Of a stretch of 64,000 bases of DNA, positions 1 to 7,611 are shown one piece after another. Each line of letters begins with the position of its first letter. Positions within the stretch are counted from its first letter, which is position 1. This DNA is from a bacterium (lineage in GTDB: Bacteria; Bdellovibrionota_C; UBA2361; CALJRW01), in assembly GCA_031385045.1 (NCBI GenBank), contig JANNBC010000024.1, positions 160,001 to 224,000 on the forward strand. Reading direction: 5' to 3'. The notes beneath the pieces were generated by a model. The model saw only the letters and a list, made by a program, of their open reading frames with translations. It searched no databases and was not told the DNA's origin. The position numbers and the translations under genes were made by a program.

Positions 1-158
1 GAAAGTTCTAAGTAAAATTGAGCCCATTGGTTTTTGTAAATTTACTCTTCCTGGAAAATGTTAGTAATTGTTCTCAATGCTAGCAATTTATCAACATTTG
101 ACAAGTTAAACCCAAAAAATATTTTTCTTTTATCTGAAAAATATGGCATAATAAATTT

Positions 159-692
159 ATGTCTTCAGATACTTTTAAAACTAAATTAGCTAAATTGATT
201 CAAAAAAGTCGTAAGGCAATTAGAATCTATTCGGCGGTTGGGCGAGATTCAATCGGAAGACCAAGTAAGCCTTATTCGGATATGCAGTTAAAAGCTTGGT
301 ATAATGTAAATGAAGAGTTGTTGATGTTTCTTCAGGAGGTAACTACAAAGCTTCATTTGCGTCAGGTAGCTAGTGAAATTTTAAAATATGCTCAGAAACT
401 ATCCAGTCAGATTTCCCCTGAGCAGCAAAAACTCAATTCGGATCATCGCTTGTTAATTCAGTACACAGAATCTGCTGATTTCGTAAATTCAGCAAAATTA
501 AGCCAAGAATTGATTGTCTTAAAGTCTCGAATTGAGGCTAAGAAGGCAGTGTTGCATGAATTGGAAGATTTATTGACTTCGGCGAATCTGAAATTGCCAA
601 TTACTCATCAAATGAACGATGTTCCACAAGAATCATTAAAGATTACAGAATCTAAAATTATCCCTTTTAGAACTAAAAAAATTGGAATATAA
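159..692 (+). CDS. hypothetical helical protein
   Basis: 177-aa ORF with ATG start; no recognisable motif. Confidence 0.6.
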   Translation: MSSDTFKTKLAKLIQKSRKAIRIYSAVGRDSIGRPSKPYSDMQLKAWYNVNEELLMFLQEVTTKLHLRQVASEILKYAQKLSSQISPEQQKLNSDHRLLIQYTESADFVNSAKLSQELIVLKSRIEAKKAVLHELEDLLTSANLKLPITHQMNDVPQESLKITESKIIPFRTKKIGI

Positions 693-916
693 TCAATTCC
701 TTACTATAGTTACTTACAGTAAGGTTAGATCCAAATTGACCTGCAATTTTTGAATTTTTTTGCTCTACTTTCTTAGTTATAAAAATAGCTAGGGTAGTCT
801 TAGTGTATAAGTCAGGGTTACTTTCGATCCATTTTGAAAATAATTAGTAGTTTTGTCAGGATCTCAGGCGTGAAGATTTGGGCAGTTAGAGAATAGGTGT
901 TTAAGGAATTAAGTTT

Positions 917-1456
917 ATGGTGTCTTACGAAGATATAGAAGTAATTTTTTCAAGGATTACAGAAAAGTTTGATGATTCGATTCCAATTGGTGGACGTTGT
1001 GAAAGCAGTGTCTACTATCATACCTCGGACTTAACTGAAGAAGATCTAGATCGTTGTGCTGAATATGCAGTTGATCGTATTCGTAAGGTTTTAAATACAC
1101 AAAACGCGGACGTCTTTCTAAAGCTACCCTCGGAGCATAGTTTCTTTGCCGAAAGACTATTTCAAATTTACCGCGAATATTTACCCAATCCTGATTCTTT
1201 AATTTTTGATACTTACAGTCCAACTGCAATTACTAATGGAATGGGGGAGAAGTATCGGGGTCAAAATACAATTTTGATTAATGATGTAATTACAACTGCA
1301 AGATCAACTTTAGAGGCTCATAGCAAGGCAACGCTTCGTGGAATTCCAGTACTTTGTTGGGCAACATTAATTGATCGAACTTTTGGGCCAGGTCCTGTGC
1401 CAGTTGTTTCTGCTTTTACCGGTGCACCAGTTCGAGTTTTGACTAATATTTCTTAA
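917..1456 (+). CDS. phosphoribosyltransferase-fold protein (PyrE-like, degenerate PRPP loop)
   Basis: ILINDVITTARST resembles the type I PRTase loop (VxxDDVITTG); LIDR and N-terminal GGRCESSVYY echo orotate PRTase; AAGGA RBS upstream. Confidence 0.65.
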   Translation: MVSYEDIEVIFSRITEKFDDSIPIGGRCESSVYYHTSDLTEEDLDRCAEYAVDRIRKVLNTQNADVFLKLPSEHSFFAERLFQIYREYLPNPDSLIFDTYSPTAITNGMGEKYRGQNTILINDVITTARSTLEAHSKATLRGIPVLCWATLIDRTFGPGPVPVVSAFTGAPVRVLTNIS

Positions 1457-1460
1457 GTCA

Positions 1461-3377
1461 ATGTCTGGTAGTCAAATTATTTCCAAGGGTTCATTATTAA
1501 GTGAGGAGATAGTTTTCTGTGAGAATATCCTAAGTAAATCCGCTGTTTCCGGGGCTTTTCTTGGAGCTCTAAAGAGTTTTTATGGTGCAATTAGTCCTGT
1601 TGTTCTGCAGGGTAAACAATTAAAGGTCTTAAAGTTAACTAGAGCGATACCTGCTCAAGAAAAAATATTATTAACTCAATTAGAAAGTCGTTACCAAGAG
1701 CTTAGTAAATTCTATCCCAATCAGATTAACCAGTTTGGAAGTATTGGGGAATATTTTTATTGCCTACGATCTTTTGAGCGCAGCACACTCCCCGAATATT
1801 TAGAAGAGAATCATATTCGAGTAGCAGAGGCAAATTATTTTGTAACTAAAATCTTAAATTTAATTTTAGACTTAAAACGAATTAATTTCCCACACGGACA
1901 TATCAGTTTAAATAATTTAATTATTGATGAGAAGAATCTTAGCTTAGTTGATTTTGGTTTTGCATTTAGTAGTAGTAAGAGTCCGGGGGCTATGTTAGCT
2001 GAAGGTAACTACTTAGCTCCGGAAAGTAATCGGAGCTTAACATCTGATTTCGCCAGCGATATTTATTCTTTTGGGAAGATAATCAAATATCTTTATCGTG
2101 GGTTACAATGTCCGATCCCCTTGGATCTTCCAGATTTAATGTGTGATCCAGATCCTAAAAAGCGTCCTAATTTAATTGAAGTTAATAATAAGATTACTGA
2201 TACTTTTACTCAAAAGAGAAATCAGACAGAGCATTGGAGTAAGTCGGCAATTTTTACTAATGAATTAGATCCAAGCAAGCTCTATAAAGGATATCTTAGT
2301 CCAGCTATTCTGGAACAAATTCGTCAAGAATTTGCTAAGAGTATGATTCAAGTTCCGGTTAGTGCCGTCCCAGCTGTAGCTGTCTCTGCTAACGAACAAA
2401 GCGTACCTGCTATTTCTGTAGCTAAAGAATTTAAAAAGAATGATCTGAATTTTATGCTTACGGCAATTGCCGTTGTCAGTTTATTGTTAGTGGTTTATTT
2501 CTGGAGAAATAGTAATTCACCTGAGGTGCCTGAAACCCTGCCAAGTAATCAACAAACAATTAATAATTTACCAGTTGTAAATGGATTTGTTCCCGAGCCC
2601 GTTAAATTAACAGTACAATTCCTGCAACAAAATAAAATCACTCAAGCTCAAGATTATCTACAGATTCTTAGTGATATTTATAATGCTAATTATCAAAGTG
2701 GAAAGCTGACAGCTTTCATAAATCCCCTAGAGAACGAGCAGATTCAGTTAATTAAAGTCCAAAGCTTAGTTTTACTAGTTGCTAGTAACCCTAATTTATT
2801 AGATTTAATTTACCAAGACTTAACTAAGAGTAAGATTTTAGTTCGCTATTTAAATTGGTTTAAATCTAATTCAATTTTAGATTGGTCAACCGTTGATAAT
2901 CCAATTAAGTTAATGGTACTTTCTGGAAATATTCCTGATAGTATTCTTAATTTAGAATTTTACTTTGACTTAGCAAAGCATTTTGATCCAGAAATTAGAG
3001 AATCAAATCGCTTACCGCTTAATGCAAAAATTAGTAGTTCTGATCAGAAAGAATTTTATCTAGCAATGCTAGGTCAACTAGATCAGTTTGATCGCGATAA
3101 TTTAAACTTTTTAAATTTAGCTCTAACTAAAGATAAAGATTTGCAATTAGCCTTAATTTCGGAGTGGTTTGATAATACTAAGCCTAAGAATGAATTGGTT
3201 TTTAATTTAGTTTTGGCTAGGAAGAAGCCAGTAGAGGGAGAGGACTATTTTAGTTTTTATGCTGCGCGTTATTTAAAAGATTATCTAAGTACCTTGCCGC
3301 TTAGTGAATTAACTAAGCTAAAAAATCATCATGAAAAACAACTAAAGATTTTTTATGACATAAAAAAAGGAGGCTAA
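1461..3377 (+). CDS. membrane-anchored Ser/Thr kinase-like protein (probable pseudokinase)
   Basis: HGHISLNN catalytic-loop region, DFG, YLAPE, SDIYSFG; TM helix FMLTAIAVVSLLLVVYFW; large C-terminal domain. Confidence 0.8.
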   Translation: MSGSQIISKGSLLSEEIVFCENILSKSAVSGAFLGALKSFYGAISPVVLQGKQLKVLKLTRAIPAQEKILLTQLESRYQELSKFYPNQINQFGSIGEYFYCLRSFERSTLPEYLEENHIRVAEANYFVTKILNLILDLKRINFPHGHISLNNLIIDEKNLSLVDFGFAFSSSKSPGAMLAEGNYLAPESNRSLTSDFASDIYSFGKIIKYLYRGLQCPIPLDLPDLMCDPDPKKRPNLIEVNNKITDTFTQKRNQTEHWSKSAIFTNELDPSKLYKGYLSPAILEQIRQEFAKSMIQVPVSAVPAVAVSANEQSVPAISVAKEFKKNDLNFMLTAIAVVSLLLVVYFWRNSNSPEVPETLPSNQQTINNLPVVNGFVPEPVKLTVQFLQQNKITQAQDYLQILSDIYNANYQSGKLTAFINPLENEQIQLIKVQSLVLLVASNPNLLDLIYQDLTKSKILVRYLNWFKSNSILDWSTVDNPIKLMVLSGNIPDSILNLEFYFDLAKHFDPEIRESNRLPLNAKISSSDQKEFYLAMLGQLDQFDRDNLNFLNLALTKDKDLQLALISEWFDNTKPKNELVFNLVLARKKPVEGEDYFSFYAARYLKDYLSTLPLSELTKLKNHHEKQLKIFYDIKKGG

Positions 3378-3391
3378 TGCCTCCTTTTTTT
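3362..3391. terminator. bidirectional intrinsic terminator
   Basis: AAAAAAA-GGAGGC-TAAT-GCCTCC-TTTTTTT between the convergent kinase-like and pilin genes. Confidence 0.85.
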
Positions 3392-3409
3392 GGTTAGAAT
3401 TAATTTTAA

Positions 3410-3865
3410 TTATGGGTTTCCATTACCACCAAGGTTAGAGTTGGTATTGTTACTTTGACAGCCTGATAATACGTTTGTACCAAAGAAGGTATTTACTAAC
3501 GATCTCAGGATGAACGCACCAATCGCTACTGCTAAGAGACCCAAAGCAGCTTTGTACTGTCCGAAGGCAGCACTAACAATTGCTCCAATTCCCGCAATAA
3601 TCATAATCAAGGCACCAAATGCTCCCTCGATGAAGTCCAAGATAGCACAAATAATCGCAATAAATTGTCCTTGCTCGATGGTGAACTTGCTTGCTCCCTG
3701 ATTAGTCGCCAACGCTAAGTCAGCAACGCCTAAGTTAATCAACATTACACCTAAAAACAAATAAAATACCCTTTCGGCATTTTCACTTGGATTTTTTACT
3801 AATGTTCCTAGCCTTTGACTAGAAGTGAGATAAGTTTTGTTAAGTTTACTAATAATATTTTTCAT
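3410..3865 (-). CDS. T4SS pilin (TraA/TrbC/VirB2-like)
   Basis: 53-aa leader ending ALA, then two Gly/Ala-rich hydrophobic helices (GAFGALIMIIAGIGAIVSAAFG; AALGLLAVAIGAFIL); next to traX in the T4SS cluster. Confidence 0.7.
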   Translation of the reverse strand: MKNIISKLNKTYLTSSQRLGTLVKNPSENAERVFYLFLGVMLINLGVADLALATNQGASKFTIEQGQFIAIICAILDFIEGAFGALIMIIAGIGAIVSAAFGQYKAALGLLAVAIGAFILRSLVNTFFGTNVLSGCQSNNTNSNLGGNGNP

Positions 3866-3960
3866 TTAAATTTACTATGATAAAGTTTCGTTAAAGATTC
3901 ATAGTGTTTTCTTTAACCCTTAACTCTTAGTCTAGACTTAAAGCCCTGATCACTCAATCA

Positions 3961-4671
3961 TTAGAATGGATGTTCTAGTAGATATCTGATGAAAATTAAT
4001 AAAATTAAATGTACTGGGTAGTAAGAGTAAAAGAGATATTTCCAGCGACGCATAAATTCGAATTGATTGGGGATTCTGGAAGCAAGAAAGAAGATTAAAG
4101 GGAGGTAGCCAAGCAGGGCAACAAATGAGACAAGCGAGTTATTTAGGTAATAGGTTGTTAATAGAATATATAGAGCAAAATCAATCGTTCGGTGAATTAG
4201 GAAGGCGGTGATGGAAAGACCTAAAATAAGCCCGGCTAGTCCATATTCAAAGTAGATCGGGATTTCCAAATATCGTACTATGAGTAAAATACCCACAACT
4301 ACAACTATTACTGCATAATAATACCAGCTAGATTTTTGTATCAAGGCAGTGCTGGTTTTTAAGATCAGCCCTAAAATTCCCAAAGTAAAGAAAATATTTA
4401 ATAGAACTGACTGATCAAAAGCCAAGTAAAAAGGTAGTTGGGAGAGGATGCTAAAAATAAAAATACGGATTAGGTATTTTTTTGGATTTTGACTGTGAAA
4501 GAGGAAATTATAGGAAATTAAGAAAACAAAGAGGGGCATCGCAATCCGCCCAAGCTGAGTTCCAAAATTATCATAGGAGTGAAAAAGAATTTTTGTGGAA
4601 TGATCCAACGTCATACTAGCAAGAGCAACAAGCTTTAAAAAATTTAAATTTAATTTGCTTTCACTTGGCAT
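3961..4671 (-). CDS. traX: TraX-family pilin acetyltransferase
   Basis: LKLVALASMTLDH, GRIAMPLF, ILSQLPF, LNIFFTL, FYSYYPVHL are TraX-family motifs; polytopic membrane protein. Confidence 0.85.
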   Translation of the reverse strand: MPSESKLNLNFLKLVALASMTLDHSTKILFHSYDNFGTQLGRIAMPLFVFLISYNFLFHSQNPKKYLIRIFIFSILSQLPFYLAFDQSVLLNIFFTLGILGLILKTSTALIQKSSWYYYAVIVVVVGILLIVRYLEIPIYFEYGLAGLILGLSITAFLIHRTIDFALYILLTTYYLNNSLVSFVALLGYLPLIFFLASRIPNQFEFMRRWKYLFYSYYPVHLILLIFIRYLLEHPF

Positions 4672-4678
4672 GATTGAT

Positions 4679-5224
4679 TTAACCCTCCGCCTCCACCAAA
4701 AGTCCTGGAAAGATTTTTAGAGGGTCTAGTGCTTTTCCATTGCTTCTAATTTCAAAGTGTAAATGGGGACCAGTTGCCAGGCCAGTACTGCCGACTAAGG
4801 CAATGATTGCTCCTGCTTTTACATGAGTCCCAGGGGTAACTAGATTTTTACTATTATGACCATAATGACTAGAGGTACCGTCGGGATGAAGAATGACAAC
4901 AAGGTTACCATATCCAGAATAAGGATCGGCAAAGACTACTAGTCCACTAGCAATTGCTCGAATTGGAGAGGCTTGGGGCGCTGCCAGATCTAGTCCATCA
5001 TGGTGACGGATTGCTTTAGTTATCGGATGTTTTCTAGTGCCAAAGTTACTACTAAGCCTGGCATCCATTAAGGGGTAGATATAGGAAGTTTGTCCAGCAC
5101 TGTCTAAGGGCGGACTCTGCGATTCCACAGGAGACGTAATTATTTGTGTAAGGCTGATCAGTAAGAGAAGCTTAAGAATTACCTTTAATAAGTTTAAGGG
5201 CTCTTGCCTCGACTTCATGATCAT
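4679..5224 (-). CDS. M23 family peptidoglycan metallopeptidase
   Basis: HDGLD (HxxxD), YGNLVVILH, YGH, GSTGLATGPHLHFE (HxH); N-terminal hydrophobic segment. Confidence 0.92.
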   Translation of the reverse strand: MIMKSRQEPLNLLKVILKLLLLISLTQIITSPVESQSPPLDSAGQTSYIYPLMDARLSSNFGTRKHPITKAIRHHDGLDLAAPQASPIRAIASGLVVFADPYSGYGNLVVILHPDGTSSHYGHNSKNLVTPGTHVKAGAIIALVGSTGLATGPHLHFEIRSNGKALDPLKIFPGLLVEAEG

Positions 5225-6353
5225 ATCCTTGTACCTTTACAGTTGTGGTCTCTTCGTTAAAACCATTTGGCACGGATTCTGTTACATCTGCTGAGATCCA
5301 AGCGCGCACACCGTTTGGCGCAATAACTCTAAGCCAAGCGTCTTGCTTCTGTTCTACAACAAGTCGTGAACCTCCAGCAAGCTCCATTAATGGCGAATGA
5401 TTCATTCCTGGGCCAGTGCGAAGATTCGCTTTATCAACAGCTACTTTGACAACAGGCATATCGGTATTTTCTTCGACAGGAGCAGATTGAACTATTTTTT
5501 TAGCTTCTGCCGGAGCAGTTTTTTTATCTTCACGGTTAACTGGTTTTAAACCTAAAACTTTGCGATTCTGATCATCTAGGATAGCAGCTAGTCTTTCCAC
5601 TTCAGTTTCTGCAAACATTAATTTTAGATTTAGTTTATCTATTTGTCCTTCAAATTTCTGTGTTAAGTCCGACTCAATAGTTTTGTATCCTTGATTTGCT
5701 ACCGTTAATTGGGAGATTTGATCAGCTTGAGATTTTGCTTGCTCGCTAAGTGTTTTAATTTGCTCTTCGGATTGATTGCTTAAGGAGATTTTCATTGATT
5801 CCAATTCCTTGGCAAAATCCGCCCGAATTTTGGCAATCTCTTGATCTTTATTTAGCAGTTCTTGATTTTTCTTAGCGATTGTTTGTTCTAAGTTAGTAAT
5901 ATCAGTTTTAACTTTATCAGCAATCGAATTATTCTCTGCTGTTTTAGTTGTAGCAATTGTTTCTGACTTCACTTCGGCAACAGCTGTCTTAGTAGTAGGT
6001 TTAATAGTCGGTTTAACAATAGCAACTTCTTCTTTCTTGTTCTCAACTGGCTTTAAGGTTTGTTGTGTCTCAATTTTAGCAGTTGGGGGAGTCGTGTTTA
6101 CAACTGCTAATTGTTTTTTCTCGATGACAACTGTTTTTTGACTAGCTGTCACTTCGGAATCTTTAATTTTTCCAGATAGAGAGCTTTCCAGAGCTTTTAG
6201 TCTAGCCTCAGCCTGATCTAACTCTTTAACATTTAAATTAAAATCGTAGGAAGCTTTGACAGTATTATTTCCATTAACAGCTGGAGTATCAGCGACAACA
6301 GTCATTGCTATTGCTAGTGAAGGAATTAAAGCCCATGATAATTTTTTCAACAC
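5172..6353 (-). CDS. exported coiled-coil protein with C-terminal bacterial SH3 (SH3b) domain
   Basis: signal peptide, long heptad-rich region, ANLRTGPG...WLRV...RAWIS SH3b signature; GTG start at 6353 behind GGAGG (ORF track start 6374). Confidence 0.8.
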   Translation of the reverse strand: MLKKLSWALIPSLAIAMTVVADTPAVNGNNTVKASYDFNLNVKELDQAEARLKALESSLSGKIKDSEVTASQKTVVIEKKQLAVVNTTPPTAKIETQQTLKPVENKKEEVAIVKPTIKPTTKTAVAEVKSETIATTKTAENNSIADKVKTDITNLEQTIAKKNQELLNKDQEIAKIRADFAKELESMKISLSNQSEEQIKTLSEQAKSQADQISQLTVANQGYKTIESDLTQKFEGQIDKLNLKLMFAETEVERLAAILDDQNRKVLGLKPVNREDKKTAPAEAKKIVQSAPVEENTDMPVVKVAVDKANLRTGPGMNHSPLMELAGGSRLVVEQKQDAWLRVIAPNGVRAWISADVTESVPNGFNEETTTVKVQGYDHEVEARALKLIKGNS

Positions 6354-6383
6354 AAAACCTCCAAATAAAGTCAAGACGACGTA

Positions 6384-6890
6384 TTAATCGGGTTGACTAC
6401 TTCTAAGACGGGCATCTCTTTCACGCTCCAACATGTCTTTAATTTCATATGGAGCATCGATTCCATATAATAAGACCTCGTTATCTGCCGAAGCTGCTGT
6501 GCCAATCTCGATTGATCCTACATCTAACATTCTTTCAATGATTGTTTGATTGATATCAATCCCCCTTATATCTTCATATCGGACACGATTGACTGATTGC
6601 TTCATAGAAAGTCGTCCCGAACAAGATTCAATTCCACGATTGTCTACTCGGTAGATGACATTATAAATCTTAAAGATGCATGAAAATAAATAAGAAATTG
6701 GAATAAGCCATAAAACAGGGAATGCAAGGTAAACCTGATAGCCAGCAAAGCTAAATAAGTAGCCATGGAGGGTTAAAAAGGTAAATTTATTAGATAAAAC
6801 TATGCAACCTACTGATAATATTAGGAATACTGCTATGCGCGTAACCTCTGAGCGCCAAACTTTATGTATAATGACCTCTGATTTAATCAT
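6384..6890 (-). CDS. membrane protein with bacterial PH domain (bPH_2)
   Basis: two N-terminal TM helices followed by YRVDNRGI...VRYEDIRGIDINQTIIERMLDVGSIEIGTAA. Confidence 0.8.
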   Translation of the reverse strand: MIKSEVIIHKVWRSEVTRIAVFLILSVGCIVLSNKFTFLTLHGYLFSFAGYQVYLAFPVLWLIPISYLFSCIFKIYNVIYRVDNRGIESCSGRLSMKQSVNRVRYEDIRGIDINQTIIERMLDVGSIEIGTAASADNEVLLYGIDAPYEIKDMLERERDARLRSSQPD

Positions 6891-6895
6891 CTTTA

Positions 6896-7150
6896 TTAAC
6901 GAAACATTGCTTCCAGGTCTTTTAAGGAGGAAGTGCCTTTGGAGCCATTTTTAGTCCCAGTCTCCTCTTGGGTGGGCTGAGTGTCTTCCATTTTTGGTAT
7001 GAAATTAGGTTTTTTACCTTCTTTTACTAATTCTAGCTTTCCACCAGAAAGTCTAAGAATAGTAAAGGCAATTACCATTAAAATGATGGTAGTTAAGTGG
7101 AGCTTATTGGTAAAAGGGCTAATAATATTTTTTGTGCTAATTAAGGCCAT
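6896..7150 (-). CDS. small single-pass membrane protein
   Basis: 84-aa ORF with one hydrophobic helix; tightly packed in the operon. Confidence 0.6.
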   Translation of the reverse strand: MALISTKNIISPFTNKLHLTTIILMVIAFTILRLSGGKLELVKEGKKPNFIPKMEDTQPTQEETGTKNGSKGTSSLKDLEAMFR

Positions 7151-7281
7151 AAATTAAATTTAATTATAAGGGGTTTTGATACTTATTTAGTCTTTCAAAG
7201 CCACCTTATCTAGAATAGCCTGACTTTTATTAAAATTCAATTAACTCTTCCTATTGGGTTAAATTTAACCATATAGATGGT

Positions 7282-7611
7282 TTATTTGTCCTGTTTTACA
7301 TCTTGAGGTGCTTCATATTTCCAGCGTCCCTGACGAATTTCCACAACTTCTTCATGGGCCGGACGGTAATAGGTTCCTTCTGGGTCTAATCCTGGTGGGA
7401 CTTTGACCACATCAATGATTGGAGGTTCCCAGACATATTCTACCGCACCCGGATCTTTGATCGTAATTGTTTCTACTTTTTCTTTCTCTACAAACACAGC
7501 TTCTGTGGTGTGCTTGCTAGAGCAGGAAATAATCCCTGTCAGTAAAACGAGTAAACTTAAAAATGTTAATTTTTTCATAAGCTCAAAGTTATTAAATATC
7601 TTAGGATTCAT
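7282..7611 (-). CDS. lipoprotein, TraV-like (second copy)
   Basis: lipobox IISC; YVWEPPIIDVVKVPPGLDPEGTYYRPAHEEVVEIRQGRW parallels the TraV C-terminal motif; overlaps the traC stop. Confidence 0.6.
   Translation of the reverse strand: MNPKIFNNFELMKKLTFLSLLVLLTGIISCSSKHTTEAVFVEKEKVETITIKDPGAVEYVWEPPIIDVVKVPPGLDPEGTYYRPAHEEVVEIRQGRWKYEAPQDVKQDK

Noticed and set aside
917..1456. Bona fide pyrE
   Set aside because: The PRPP-binding loop is altered and the RK..K.HG flexible loop is not evident, so no gene symbol was given.
7205..7235. Additional sigma28-like sites (here, and near 12570, 37420 and 55455)
   Set aside because: Several mismatches or wrong spacing; expected by chance in AT-rich DNA.
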